Shown: positions 12,424 to 28,990, counted from the first letter of the whole stretch. The stretch is DNA of 62,870 bases, filler included, from Sphacelaria rigidula (GCA_964200075.2; 10 parts of 10 records of this genome joined end to end with filler, not necessarily neighbours in it); one strand, 5' to 3'. Program-made: numbers and translations. Notes: generated by a model not told the origin, from the letters alone.

Positions 12424-13689
12424 AGCAGTGTGTAGGTAGTTGAACTCGGTAGCTGAGAATTGCCCAGAACGTGCAAGGGAGTATGCAGCGGCAGNNNNNN
12501 NNNNNNNNNNNNNNNNNNNNNNNNNNNNNNNNNNNNNNTTAATTAATTAANNNNNNNNNNNNNNNNNNNNNNNNNNNNNNNNNNNNNNNNNNNNGTGGGT
12601 GGGGGTGGGTGTGGGGGGGGGGGGGGGGGGGGGGGGGGGGTGGGGGGTGGGCGAATTTTCGGCAGCACATACAGCCTGAGCATGCACCTTCGTACACGAC
12701 CACTTCCTTTGTTCTCGTCGCGCAATAAGATTGCTTTGGTTGGATGCATACACATATGCACGTGGTGCAATGAATATATACATATATATATATATTAGTG
12801 TGCTCCAGGCTTTGCCATGGAACTGGAGAACATTCAAGCGTATCATGTGAAAGCGAAAATTGCGATGTGCCACTGAAAAGCAAAAGCAGTACGTATCGGT
12901 ATTTAGGGAGCAGATCGCGTTCTTGTCGTCCCGCCCAGGTGGTCGAACCGGTAGGTCAACACTACTCTTAGCAAACCTTGTGGATTTGCGTGCTAGGAGC
13001 AGCGTCTGTGTTTCTCGTTGTCGTCGTCTGACATGGTGATGACGAGAGTTAGTAACAACAAGCTCGACGGAAGTCGACTGTCTGTAGTAGTGCTGGTTTT
13101 CTTTTCGTCATTCGTCATATTTTCAACCCCTGCTCTTCGTCGTGACAAGTCCGTACAGAGTCTAGGGGTCAACCGATCCCCCCCCCCCCCGGGAATGTGC
13201 ATGCCTGACACTTGGGTGTCGCGGATTGAATCGACTCTCCCGCACCACGTCGATTTTGTTTGTATTATTTTGCGAACTCACGTCCTCACGTTGTTGTTTT
13301 TCACAATTTTTTCATTTTTCATTCGTCGCGCTTTGAACCCCTGCCCTTCCTCGGGACGAGTCCGTGGTCTCAAGGGATCAACCCATATCTCCCCGCCGGG
13401 TACACGCATTGAATTTTGGTCTCGCAGACGATTGGGTCAGCACCCCCACATCGCGTCAACTCTCATCAAACAAACTCAGTCAATTACTCACTGTCTACTC
13501 ACGACGTATTCAGGCTTTCGACGGTGGGAACCAGATACTTGAAAAGGAAAAGCTCAACGCATCGGGAATCGGACCCACGAACTCTCCACCCTAATAGTGG
13601 CAGTCGGGCTATTTTAATTTAGATCACCGGGGCGTAGCGGCCACCGTTATGAACGACGGAAACCAGAAGATTTTCGGATGAAATGCGAG

Positions 13690-13892
13690 CAAGGGCAGGT
13701 TGAGCAGGGTATGCTTGATTGCGGGGTATTTTGAAAGCCGTACTCTAAGTACTCAAACTGGGGTAGGGTGTTAGGAGTCGTACCCCCACAACAAACGGCA
13801 ATCAATCCCTAACACCCTACCCCAAGTTGCGTACTTTAAGTACGACTTTCAAAATACCCCGCAATAAGTATACCCTACTCGACCTGCCCTTG
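13690..13892. mobile_element. Palindromic MITE (about 200 bp)
   Basis: CAAGGGCAGGTTGAGCAGGGTAT ... ATACCCTACTCGACCTGCCCTTG; complementary arms of about 85 bp. Confidence 0.85.
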
Positions 13893-14612
13893 AAATGCTC
13901 ATATACCGGGATTGGAACCTCGAAACATCCCGCGCTGACTGGCCGCCGGTGCACCAATTGAATCTCCGGGGCGTAGCGACATTCTAATGCTTAGTGATAA
14001 AGTACCATGCGTGTACCGGAGAGAGATAGGTTTATCCTTTGAGGTCTCGAGCTCGTCCGGAGGAAGGGAGGGGATGGGGACAAGCAGCACGAAGAAAAAA
14101 AGTGTCCGAGAAGGCAAGGATTGCTGTGGATAGGATAGGGACAATATTCCGAACCAACCACCTTCGGAGAAAGCAGGGACGAGAAAATAACCGACTATTA
14201 GAACTCGTCTTCAGTGACAACGCGAATCGTCGCGTCCTCTCTCGTGGACGCATGGTTGAAGGTTGAAGGTGGTGAGGGTAGGTAGTAAGGAACGGTACGA
14301 CCCAGTATTTCAGGTACCGTGAAACGTCCAGTTACTGTTGTCCGTCAGCCGATGCCCTTGCGGGTACAGTACGAGAATATTCAGTATATTCGGCACTTGA
14401 TTAACTCCACGTAGGCGACAGTGCTCAGTAAGTTAAGCCATCGATACTGCGGGTATCCTGGAATACTTCATGATTTTTACGTTTAACGCCTCGGGTACCC
14501 CGGAATACGCATCACCCACCCGATCCACTTACACAACGGTTAGATCACTAAGGCCTAACGAACAAGTCTACTGACCCCCTGTTCCAAGTTCCGTCACCGC
14601 ATTTTCTCTCAC

Positions 14613-14731
14613 GTCTGGTGGCTCGAAGAGTTCTCGCATGTACTTCTTCGATTTGCTGGCAAGGTCGAGAACTAACGCTGCGTGATGCACAGCTGTTCGA
14701 TACTCCATGCTCTCGTATTTGATCACAATTC
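14613..14731 (-). CDS. Dynein light chain roadblock/LC7-type protein, internal exon
   Basis: cag|GA-IVIKYESMEYRTAVHHAALVLDLASKSKKYMRELFEPPD|gtgag. Phase matches the upstream exon (G|GA = Gly), giving the roadblock-like IMNNDGIVIK. Confidence 0.85.
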
Positions 14732-15002
14732 CTGGGGAACGAAAAAGGAGGAAGTCGGGAAAACGCTTAGAAGACAGCGACCCAAATGACAGGGAGAATG
14801 TCGTAGTAGGACGATTATGTGAATATTTGAAACGCCTTAAACTGTTAGACAATCGATCACGCGTTCTTTAGAGTACGATATACTATTACTGGGGGGAAAT
14901 ATGTACAAGTATAGCGAGAGAGAGATCATTTCGTGAGAGCGATCTTGCGTGTTCGATCAATACTTTTCACTTTGTCACACGGTCCTCGACTATCGTGCAA
15001 CT

Positions 15003-15465
15003 TCCATCTGGGATATAATATCAATCTGGGATGGCTATCATATCCACCTTGGGCATCCATCCATATATACTTCATATTCATCTTTGATATTCATCTAGGA
15101 TATCAGCATTCATCTGGGATGTCCATCTGGGACGTTCAAATCCATCTGGAATATGATATCTCCATCCATCTGAGATTATAGAGATATCTCAGATGGATCT
15201 CCACGATGGACATCCCAGGTGCACATTCCAGACGGACATTCCACGTTGATATCCATATTCCAAATGGGTGTCCACATCCCACATGAATCGCAGATGAGCA
15301 TCCATGTGGATCTGATATCCCAGATAGACATCTCTGATGAGTCTGGTAACCTAGATGGACATCCCAGATGGGCATCGATATCCCAGATGAACATTGATAT
15401 TCCAAATGGGCGTCCCAGATGGATACATCCCAGATGGCTGTCCCGTATAAGTATCCAAGATGGAT
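15003..15465. repeat. Degenerate minisatellite arranged as a large imperfect palindrome
   Basis: CCATCTGGGAT-like units on the left switch to ATCCCAGATGG-like units on the right at about 15180. Confidence 0.75.
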
Positions 15466-15559
15466 CAACGTCGCAAGATAATGCAAGGCAGGGGGGGGGG
15501 GGTGGAAATGGTTACGGCCGCGTTGTGAGCGCACGGAGAGGTTTGAAAAAACACTGAGA

Positions 15560-17300
15560 CCTTAGCTGCTGATCAGGTCCCAACGGAAATTCCCGCACGC
15601 AGCAGTACCTGGTCCTCCATCCAGATAACAGGGTGTGACGATCTGTGTCACCGGGTTGGCATAGATCTACAAGCACGAGCGGGCACGAGAACTCGAGGTA
15701 CGATGTAACGATCGTGTAGGGGAATGAAACGGATAATTATCATTTGTCTCTGGTATAATTAACTTCAATCACCACACGGAGCAACAAGATTTGGGCGTGA
15801 CCGGCGGTGTACTGTATATGAGTCCTGAGTCCCGCGATGTAGAATACGGTGCGTTATCCGTCGGCACAGCATCACTTGAAAATTAATCACTGTGGCTAAA
15901 CATATGCGACTTCTGCGCCTCTGAGCGAACCATCCCACTCTCACTATGACGACGAACGTGACGTCCGCAAGGTGAACACGCCGCTGTATCAAGTCTTGAA
16001 TTCCACGATCGTCGGTTGTTACGGTCGACCACCGCACTAACACTAGCGCAGTTCACCTCGATATTCGATTACCACGCACACTTACCGTCGGACAGATCTC
16101 CCTGACTCCGAGTTTCATAAATCAGTTCCGCCATTTTCGCCGCACGGAATGATGCTACGGTAGGGGTGCACAAATATTTTCTGAGGATAGAATTTTTAGG
16201 AGCCCTTTACCTCATCCAAAACATGACCTTTGATATATGTGAGAGTGCGCCAGGATTACTACTCTCGTGTGCTAGGGGTATCCCGAGTGAATTTGCGAAC
16301 GGTGATGCCCTGACCCATATTCATATGCATCTAGAATCGTTAGGAGCCCCTGAAACAGACAAGAATTTGCGCAAGAAGTGCACCCCTACCGTAGCATTGC
16401 TCCACGGGTTCGGACTTTGTCGCGATAAACTATCTTACACCGAATTTCGCCGTATGACTAGGCCTGTGGATGATTTCCCGATTTCGATTCTCATCGGGTT
16501 GGATTCCGAGAGAGGAGCTATCTTTTCGCCGTCGGGCTAGGAGTATAGTGAGTAACAACTCACAATTTCTTCGAGAATGGGATAAGCTTCCGAGGGTATC
16601 CCTGACTAGTAACGCATACAAGGTGTGGTTTTCCATCTCCGTCAGTAAACAGACATTACTCTCGACCCTCATTCAATGCATTTGGGCCTGAACACTTCAG
16701 GAATAGCCATACGTCATTCAAATGACTTTATACCCAAGCAAAGGCTGTCCGTAGGGTGGCATTTTAAACACCCCTCTGCCTCGACCAAACTCTTCAGCAA
16801 CTCGAGCAGTAGGCAAACACGTCACTACCATCGAGTGATTCCTGCTGATTGAACATTAAATGTTCGACAGTGTCTGGGGTCAGACTCGACTCAATGAGAT
16901 CTTGATATTAAACTAATAACAACTGAAGACTGGTTTGTGATCCCAAAACAGAGGTATAGTGTGTAAATGTGGATACCACACTGAAAAAAAGTAGTTATTG
17001 AGACAAACACAGAAACCTGATGGAGTTTTCGACACCGCACAATGTTATGATAGATTTGCTTGGTACTATACTGAACCTAAGTGATTGTAGACAGGATACA
17101 CATATTGTTGTTGACGATATTATACGGAAATGAGGGCAAACGAGACTTGCTGGGGAGAATGGGATGACGCGGATCTCCCCCCTCCCCCTCTCCCTTCAAC
17201 CAACTCGGATCGATTTTAGAGGGCCAGGTGTCTCGATTCCAATGGGGTATTGTTTTCAAAAGCGCATATGACGTTCAATCCCTTGGGCAGAAATAGATTA
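15560..17300 (-). mobile_element. Highly degenerate Ty1/Copia RT-RNaseH relic in the dynein light chain intron
   Basis: Colinear remnants NRDTW, SHLNDV, NHTLYALLV, SSLGIQPDENRNR, SRLDTAA, RILHRGTQDSGLIY and DYAN resemble the Copia RT/RNaseH motif order; many frameshifts. Confidence 0.55.
16143..16407. mobile_element. MITE with 20-bp perfect TIR core, inserted in the Copia relic
   Basis: ATGCTACGGTAGGGGTGCAC (16152-16171) and GTGCACCCCTACCGTAGCAT (16378-16397). Confidence 0.85.
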
Positions 17301-17621
17301 GTCCGGAAGGCGGATCACGTATCCAACCTTTTGAAAGCGGTTCTCTGCTGGAGTATCTTCACAACTTGGAAGAGGCACGCTCGCACCATGCTATTTCACG
17401 TATTCGCATGATATTCATCATTGCCCATGAATGATAAGACTTTCGAGCCGGCTTCAGTGGTTGATGAGGTCCGGTTCCTAAAAACGGATGAAAATGGACA
17501 ATGCATGTCAATGCAACCATCTGATAGTCTTGCTTGCTTTCGAGGGTCAAAGGATAAACCCACGTACCAGTCACACGGCAAGGGTTTGAAGGAAGCCGTC
17601 TTGTTCGTTAATTAAACTCAC

Positions 17622-17709
17622 CGTCATTGTTCATGATGACGTACGCCGAAAAGCCCGGGTTGGTCTTGAGCTCCTTGATCACCTCCTCAACCTCGTTCAC
17701 CTGCTGAGA
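17622..17709 (-). CDS. Dynein light chain roadblock/LC7-type protein, 5' internal exon
   Basis: (SQQ)VNEVEEVIKELKTNPGFSAYVIMNND-G|gtgagt resembles the roadblock N-terminus. The acceptor is ambiguous (exon start 17709, 17703 or 17700); first and last exons were not found in this contig. Confidence 0.85.
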
Positions 17710-18099
17710 CTGCCGGTTGTTGCAAAACACGGACCACAAAGAAAGTAACTAGTGTTTCATGATTTGCGTGGCACCGTAAAAGATGTACAGATGGTGTGAC
17801 TGTAGTGTCAATAAATGACCACATGTGAGTGACCGTCTCCATCAAATCCGATGCATATGCGAATGCCGCCCGGATGACCTCGCGATTTTGTTTCCGTAGT
17901 CTCAGACGGTAGCTGAATAGTCTGTGTGCATCGCATGTCCTTACTTCTTGAAAACAACTAGCGTTTGCACGGGCGTACTCATTTGTTGCTTGCCTGAGTC
18001 GTTTGACCATTGCACACGCATCCATCCCCTTAGAGACGGAGCACGCTGTGGACGGATAATTTGACTACATCACCAAAGCAGTGTCAAATTCGCGGGTTG

Positions 18100-18368
18100 A
18101 TATTATTATTTTTGTTGTCGCGATCACAGTTATGAATATAATTATGATTATAATTATGACTATGATTATGATTATGATTATTACTGCTGTAGTTATCATT
18201 ATCATCATGCTCTACTGGCGTCATCATCATCATCATCATTATTAATATTACTATTATTTTTGTTATCGTTTTATTTTTATTCCATTTTCATCAGTATTTT
18301 TATCATCACTGTTGTGGTTCATTATTATCACTTTATTATGATTATTCTTATGATGATTATTATCATCT
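18100..18368. repeat. Degenerate (ATT/ATC/ATG)n low-complexity microsatellite
   Basis: Runs of ATTATG, ATTATT and CATCAT. Confidence 0.85.
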
Positions 18369-18705
18369 CCCCATGTTAGTCCAATATCTCGAACCCGCGG
18401 TCACAGACGTAGGCTCGCCTTTCAAGGATCGTCACCAACACATGAGAATAGCAAAAAGGAGAAGGAGAAGGAGAAGAAACTGATGCCGCGAGAACCCTCC
18501 CGAGAGAAGCGGCTGGCTCGAGGAGTCAGAATCTACATACAAATCAAAATGGCAAACGTCGAGCACACCGAGAAGCTGGGAACTCCCACGGTTGGGATCA
18601 TTTTCGCCAAAGTCGCCCACATGAGGCACTTTATGCAGTCTGAAACCATCTATCATGCGTTGCATGACCATTAACTTCGTGACAGTTCGGGACTGGTGTC
18701 CGGTA

Positions 18706-18791
18706 GGGGGGGGGGGGGTGTACTCATGATCGTGCATGTCGTAGTCATCAGACCATTGACCTCGCATCCCTACAAAGCCGGGACGGAGCAC
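18706..18791 (-). mobile_element. 3' end of poly(C)-associated LINE (subfamily B)
   Basis: Minus strand GTGCTCCGTCCCGGCTTTGTAGGGATGCGAGGTCAATGGT...CATGAGTACA then a C-run. Other B copies at 31541-31700 (-), 49090-49220 (+), 50110-50276 (-) and 62775-62840 (+). Confidence 0.7.
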
Positions 18792-19304
18792 NNNNNNNNN
18801 NNNNNNNNNNNNNNNNNNNNNNNNNNNNNNNNNNNTTAATTAATTAANNNNNNNNNNNNNNNNNNNNNNNNNNNNNNNNNNNNNNNNNNNNTGTACCGCG
18901 CAGATATCGGAACGGCTTTTAATGTGAAGACAACAACAACAACTTGCCTGGGAAGTAATGGTGAAGAAGTCGACTACTGAAAGTGCAGGACATGTGGTGG
19001 ATAGGTGACACGAACCACCTTGCGGCTGGCTGACGCTGTCGCAAAACAAGGGTCGTTGTGTACAAGAGGGGTGAGGGGGGGGTGTCTCCGCACTCATCAG
19101 AGTTGGCATATCGACGAAGAGATAAGCTGTTCGCGAATCCAGACGAATGACGCTCTGCGCACACCTACGGTAACAGCGGAGAAACCTAGGCCCCATGCAC
19201 CTCAGACAGGTGCCCAAGGGTCAGATCGTCACCAGTCGGGAAGCGTTGCGTCGAGTGAAGAGATAGAACAGATAGGAATAAATGTGCTGGAGTATCCCAC
19301 ACTA

Positions 19305-22300
<2,996 letters not shown>

Positions 22301-23047
22301 CATTTACCGGATTGTAGCTTCATCATCCCAGAAAATGTCCCGCTCTCCCAACTTTCATGCCGACGGCGCTGCGTGTTTCGCAGAGGCTGGAGAAATGGCT
22401 GTATTTTAGTACATGAGAAAAAGCAGAATGCCGAATTGTTCCGAAGAAAACTGACCACACGACGTTCAAAGCTCGACTTCGATTATACTTCGAAATGGCA
22501 GGCTGACTACCCACATGAAGAAATCCTGAGAAGTCGAAACGAATTCCTCCCCAAAATCCTCATGTTGGTCGAGCACGGCGCGGTCAGACTAGAAAATTGA
22601 TCCGAGTGCTATTCCGAAAATCCGTGTACATGATCCACATATTCCCGGGTTAAACATTTTTCTTCCAGTTTATGGGCGAGTGGTATCTTATGATTAACGG
22701 ACATATGCTGAAGAAAGAGGTCTGAAAAGGCCCCGGCCTAGCGAAGTCGACTGCTCAAAAATGTGTATCTCCATTGGAGTAGAGAGTTTGGCTGCTCTCC
22801 ACATGTCAGGCGGACCATACGAGTAATCAAGTGAAGCTCACAACGAGGTTCGACTATCACCACGTTTTTTTCAAGCTTGCATGACATATTATTATCAAAT
22901 TACCCATCTCTAGACACTTCCGGTGTTGTCGTACGTGCCATGGCGACATCGAAACAGAAACATCATCGTCGGACACCTCAAGCGTGTCTGATGTGAGACA
23001 GACGTATTCTACCTCAAAACGACACCCATACGGTGGGCATGGCCAGT

Positions 23048-23135
23048 TTGATTGATTGATTGATTGATTGTCGCACTTTAACTGACCCCCCAGGGATCCA
23101 GCCGTGGTCACATGATAGACGTACTCAAGAAAAAC
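23048..23135 (-). mobile_element. 3' terminus of a (CAAT)n-tailed non-LTR element
   Basis: GTACGTCTATCATGTGACCACGGCTGGATCC...GTTAAAGTGCGACAATCAATCAATCAATC. Homologs at 33390-33450 (-), 45060-45135 (+), 46070-46155 (+) and 48808-48865 (+). Confidence 0.75.
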
Positions 23136-23230
23136 GGAATTCAAACACGCTCTGAGGAAAAAAAAAAAAAGGAAAAAAAAAAAGAAAAAAGAAAGAAGAA
23201 AAGAACACAACGAAAAAGCAGACAAAAACA

Positions 23231-23267
<37 letters not shown>

Positions 23268-23860
23268 AAACGTCGAATAGAACGACATAGCAGACTAAGT
23301 CGTGACGAAAAAAAAAAAGTAACGAAAAAGTCAACACAAGCAGAGCACAGAAAGAAATGCCCCACCTAGATTGAGGCTTGGAAGGCAGTGACACTATTTT
23401 TACGTGCGTCTGGGGCCTTGGTTATGTGCATTTTACTCGCGTAGGGTGTGTATTTGGGCGTATTCGGGGCGGATAAGGATTTCCTTCTGTTTTCTGTGTA
23501 TAGTATGATACAGTTGATTTTGTGCATCAAAAGTGTGTGTTTCAATTACTTGTACTAAAGTGATCGTAAGGGAGGGGGGGCTGGTGTGCAACGACGTCCT
23601 ATAGTAGCAGTCTGCGGGCATGTTGCCCGTGAGGTCTGCGTTGTTCCTGCGCAGGAGTCGTGGATTTTTTTTCGTTCAAAGTTTGTGGCGATTTTTCTTC
23701 GTAGATTGGCTGGTACCAGGGTATGCTCGTGTGGAGAAAACAGATCAAATGCGGTCAATAACACCCCCTCCATGACTGGGGGCTCAACTCCGTATCGTTC
23801 CGGAACACTAAATTGGGACATGTTCTCTGCGGTTGCTCCTCATGACGAACAAATAAAAGT

Positions 23861-24283
23861 CCTGTAAATATGTTTTTTTGGTCTTTTTGGTCTCTCTTCG
23901 TTCTCTGCTCTACAAGAGAGCCAGGCGGAGTTTGACGCCTTGGAATGGCTTGCGCTACCCGTTGCGACAGTTCAGGGTATCTTCGCGTTTTCCGGTGACC
24001 ACAGTTGATATTTTGGCTAAACAAGCGCTCTTGTCCAGAGACGGTCAAGTCCAGAGAAAAATGGCAGTTTTCTCCAGATTTGACCGTTCTTATAAACCAT
24101 TCTTGACAGTTCTTGGATGAAAATACATGTGTGGCCAAGAAAAAAACAGTGCGTCCATCGGAAAATGCGAATGTGGTCTGGAGCCGTCTCAGCAAGTACA
24201 GTCATTCTAAGGTGTTGAACTCCGTCTACCTCTATTTCAGGGTTTAAAACGATGAGGAAGGACCAAAAAATGATTTTTACAGG
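23861..24283. mobile_element. Old foldback MITE related to 51007-51375
   Basis: CCTGTAAA...TTTACAGG ends; shares TCTGGA.CCGTCTCAGCAAGTA and its inverted counterpart with the 51 kb copy. Confidence 0.7.
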
Positions 24284-25306
24284 GCTTTTTTTTCGTGTGC
24301 CATAAGGAGCGGCCTGAGCACGACCTGCTTTTCTTTCCCACGCCTGCTGACTCTCAAACTTTCGAGTGGAGGTGAAACCGCCTGTGAAGAAATCCCGGTT
24401 GAGTGAAAGGTGTAGACTTGTGCACAAAAAACAATATTTTTCTGAGATGTGAAAATCAGTCATCTCGTGAATGTATTGTCCAGTTCCGAAATACCCTCCC
24501 ACGAGACCCGAAATGCCTCCCGTAGTAGCTTGCAACTGAGGCGCTTGATATCCCTGAGTAGGATATGGACGTGCAGCTGCAAGCACACGCTATAAGAGTG
24601 GTGAAGGCGAAGAAAAGCACACACGGAATGAAGAAATGGCTAGGTCGAAGCGAATGACAAGAGCCGCTCTCGGTCAGTTCTCTACTCTCAATCTCACGAA
24701 CACGTTGTTAGAAGCGGTTTGGTGAAGATGCGGCGCCGGTGCAGTACACAGTAAGTACAAGAGGCAGCAGTTGAATCTGTTCCCCCAAGGGCTCCCCAAA
24801 GCCCGTGAGTGCCCTGTGCGTAGAATGTACCCACCGCGCAAAACCCTGCGATTAACTCGAAGCAAATCTCTCCTGCTTTGACCGTTCGTTCTGCAGGTAT
24901 CGCACGAGATACCGCGAACTCCTCCGCCGCTTGCTGCCGCTCGGCAGTGTAATGGACCCGTAATTTCCCCGCCCCCCTCCGCCGTGCCTACCCCACTCTG
25001 CCCGGCGCAGCAACACGCAACAGTCTCGTGTACGAGTTCGGCGCAGTCCCAGCGGGGGTCTGGAACCGCTTACACGGGTGACTGCCGCNNNNNNNNNNNN
25101 NNNNNNNNNNNNNNNNNNNNNNNNNNNNNNNNTTAATTAATTAANNNNNNNNNNNNNNNNNNNNNNNNNNNNNNNNNNNNNNNNNNNNCTCCCACTAAAA
25201 CCCCCTATCAACTTGGCGCAGTACACGCGCCGCCCTGCTCCTGAGAGCTTCGGCCCTAGGAGTTGACCACGATGAGTCTGCCAGTGCTATTCTCGCCGCT
25301 ATAGAG

Positions 25307-28300
25307 ATGCAAATCAACCTCGATCAGGTGGACATCAATTTGTTTCATCAGTCTGACGGTCACCTGCATGAGGGCTTGTTGTGGGAAACAGCGAAACCGC
25401 GAGGGGTGACTTTGGTGGGAACGTTGAACGAGTGCAAGTGGCGCTCCATAGCCAAGGGGCTGCGAAAGCCCATTCCACCTTCAACCAACGCTAGAGAAAA
25501 AAACCCGTGTGAACGAGTGTTGATGTATGCGTCCGGACCAAAGTTAGTTGAGAGTACGAGTGGTATCAAGTATTCGTTGATAATTCGACATTTTTTTTTG
25601 CGGAAAATCTACATGTATTCCGGTAAACACAGGCAGTGCCTTGCAGATGTAGGTGCAAATTGCATTCATTTCCTTGGTGGTGGAAATTGTGAGGTCGGAC
25701 GGTGGTGAGGAGTTTGCTGGGCCTTTCAGCGACCTGTGTAGGACAAGAGGTATAAGACAGGAGTATACCCTAGCAGACAGTCTTCAGTATAACGGTGTGG
25801 CTGAGCGTGCGATAGCAATGGTTGAGCAGGTCGCTTTGGCTGTATACATTCAGACGGAGGTACTGTACGATGTTGATGTTCCGGCAAGAATGTAAGCTGA
25901 ATAGTATCGTTAGGCATAAGACGCACTTAATCGCTTTGTTACCACGACTAACCCTGGTAAGAGATCTCCAGATGAACTATACTTCGGTGAGTTGTGCCCA
26001 GGTTAAACTTTTACCTTTCTTCATGCCAGGATACGTTGAATACAAGAGGACTTTCAATTGTATGCCCAAAGCACAGGAGTGGCTTTACTTTTGGGACCTG
26101 GTTACAACTACCCTCGAGACTCCATGAGAATGTAGGCGGAGGGTAGATATGCCATCACCACTCGCTATGTCACTTCGTGCCGTTTACTCCCTTCAAGCTC
26201 GCAAACAGCGGTTCCGTTTTCTAGGCGGGGGTGGGGAAATCTCGCAGGATGTAGAGAGCGAGGAGGGCGATGCTGAAAACTCTGATTCAGGGGAGTCGGA
26301 TCTCGGAGGGGGGAGGGGTAATCACGCATGATGCGGTGTCCGAGGAGCGTGAGCGAGATGGCAATGAGCGGTCGAAACCTGAGCAGGGACCACACGATGA
26401 CGACGGCGAGAGCATAGTGGAGCAGCCGCCTGCGTCGCCTACGTCGTCGATATCGTGTGCACCATCTTCCGATCATGATTCGTCGTACACATCTTCTGCT
26501 GGTGATCGAGACGCCGCGAACCAACTAGATTCGGTTAAGTCGGCGCTAGGTCGGAGCAGGCAACAGGCACGACTGCTACAGCAACAACGTCTAGAACAGC
26601 GCCTGAACCAACACGTTTCTGACCTACAATAAACATCTAGAAGGCGGTCACAGTGCCTTGTGAGTGTCGACGGAGGATTTGTGGGGCGCGGACAGGATAC
26701 TAGCATTCCTGAACGACACGGACGACCCGAGAAAAGAGAGAGTCTAAGTTGGAGGTTGTTCCATATGTTACTCTTGATGAGATTGGGGTGGTTGGTACCT
26801 GAGACGGTGAAGGATGTATACAATTCTCAGTTCAAGAGAGTGAGGGTTGATGCAAAAGGACAGAGAGGTGAAAGGATCGGAACGTAACAACACGTGGACA
26901 GTTGTAGACTCACCATCAGTAGGACAGAAAGCAATAAATTCTAAGTGGTTTTTTTCAATGGAAGACTGATGAGCATGGCTATGTAATGAATGCAAGAGCT
27001 GGCCTGGGTTTTAGTGGTGATCGTCAAGAGATTGACGATATTTCAACGTTTTCTCCTACCCCTGCCTCAACAACCAACAGAGTAGTCGCGGTGGTAACTT
27101 GCGCTGAGGGAAAGACCATTTTTCACTTTGACGTCAAGCAAGCTTTCGTACAATCTGAGCTAAATGATGAAGTATACATGCGGTTGCCACTAGGTCTAGG
27201 TGGACGGTCAGGTACTGTCGTACACCTCAGGAAATGTTTATATGAGATTCGACAGGCGGCTAGGGCATGGTTTGGTAAGCTCGGGAAAACTCTGAAGAGT
27301 CTGGGCTTCGACCAGAATTTGGTCGACCCGTGCATTTACAGGTCAATGGACGGGGGTGAGGTCAACGTTCTGACTATGGTGCATGTCGATGACATGTTCG
27401 TGGTTAGTGATGAGGCTGTGTGCAACAAGTTGACTGCAGATCTCACCTGTCACTTTCCGACGAAAAATCTTGGAGAACTGGTCTTGTTTGCGGGGTTTGT
27501 AGACCCCTCCTGGACTCAGAACAAGGTCACAAGACTGCCCCAAGGGCTTCCTCCCTCACTAGGGCTTGGAGACTTCAAGACAGTTGCTGTTACAAACACA
27601 CAGTCTTGGTTATCGGAAGTAACGTTGCACCTCCTTGAACACATGTACTGTCAAGCAGTCGTGGTCATACTCCAGAGAATATCTCATGACCTAATATCAT
27701 GACGCAAAGTTCACATCCAAACCTCCATGGATTAACCTGCAGTCTGTACGTGTGCCAGAGGTGGACTACTCTCCAGCACCCCCAAAACTCCGCACTACTC
27801 GAAGTAGAAAGCGAGTTTGACAAACAGTAGACACCGACAACCACGTTCGTGCTACCTTTGTTCCCCTGTTCGTGACACATGACCACGTAATGTCATGTTC
27901 ACAAAGAAAATGATCATTTGCAAAACGCTGAAAAACGACACTTGAACACAGGGTCTCAATCGAATTCAGTGAAGTCAGTAATTCAGTCAACGGCAATCTC
28001 CAGTCGTGGCATACTCATGCAAAGCAAACGCGCCAAGGATAATACTATTTCGGACCGTAGCATTCGATCATATCACGCACTCGAAGCTTGATACCGTAAT
28101 ATGCCTACAAAAGTGGCCACACCTTTTGACTCAGTTCCAACCGACGCAGCTCAGAACAAATATGCGGTTCTCCTTCCAGACAAATGGGCAAACCATCCAC
28201 ATTCTCCGTGTTTCAGATGCGAAACATCATCCATGCGCTTATCCACAGTAAAAAATCATTGTATTCGCGCATGATTTCTTTTATCGTCAACCTCTGGAAA

Positions 28301-28990
28301 TACTCACGTTATACTTCTTCACATACAAGCCTACGCATGTCGTAGTTTCCGCTCATTTTCACGAGCAGCAATCGCCATCTCCTACGGTCAGTTTCTGCAA
28401 ACCGCACGAAGATGATTCCACTTTTTTGCGCGAACAATAGTATACGAGCTTTATTTCATTCAGCACACAGCAGTGTATTGAAAACTGCCTCACTCTGACT
28501 CTTCACTAGACACCATACACATCAATCACACATGCATGCTAATATTTTACTCAGCAACTTCTTTGCAGAAACCACCATGTATCATGCGTGCCAACCAGGG
28601 CAACACAACACACAGATCCAGGAATAACACCACAACCACCTACAATCGTCCAGTTCAAAAACACAGAGTTTTCATTATCGGAAGAAACCTTGCATCTCCT
28701 TGAACACATATACTACCAAGCAGTCATGGTCATACTCCAGAGAATATCTCATCAACCAATATCATGATGCAAAGTTCATATGCAAACCTCCATGGATCAA
28801 CCTGGAGCTCCTCGTACATCTATCTGTACGTGTACTAGATGTGGACGGATATACCCAACGGATTCTAGACAGGTTTTCCATCACTAGGATTGCAGTGACC
28901 CCCGCGTACGTTTCACCTTCTTTCAAGGTCGATGAGGGAGAAGACTTACACCCGTGGACAGATAGCACCCTGTGGGGCGCACTGTGCAGG
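25307..28990 (+). mobile_element. Degenerate Ty1/Copia pol (pre-integrase, integrase, RT) with nested insertion
   Basis: DINLFHQSDGH..., VRSDGGEEF, QYNGVAERAI, FDVKQAFVQSEL, CLYEIRQAARAW, VHVDDMFV and FPTKNLGEL. Interrupted at about 27497 and resumes (TQRILDRF) at about 28853. Confidence 0.92.
27498..28846. mobile_element. Non-coding insertion with about 170-bp direct repeats (TRIM/LARD-like)
   Basis: About 27595-27765 repeats at about 28660-28846 (e.g. TGGTCATACTCCAGAGAATATCTCAT). Starts TGTAG where Copia RT homology breaks; no ORF. Confidence 0.6.

Noticed and set aside
23112..23394. Lys-rich and Phe-rich ORFs
   Set aside because: Translation artefacts of A/T homopolymer tracts.
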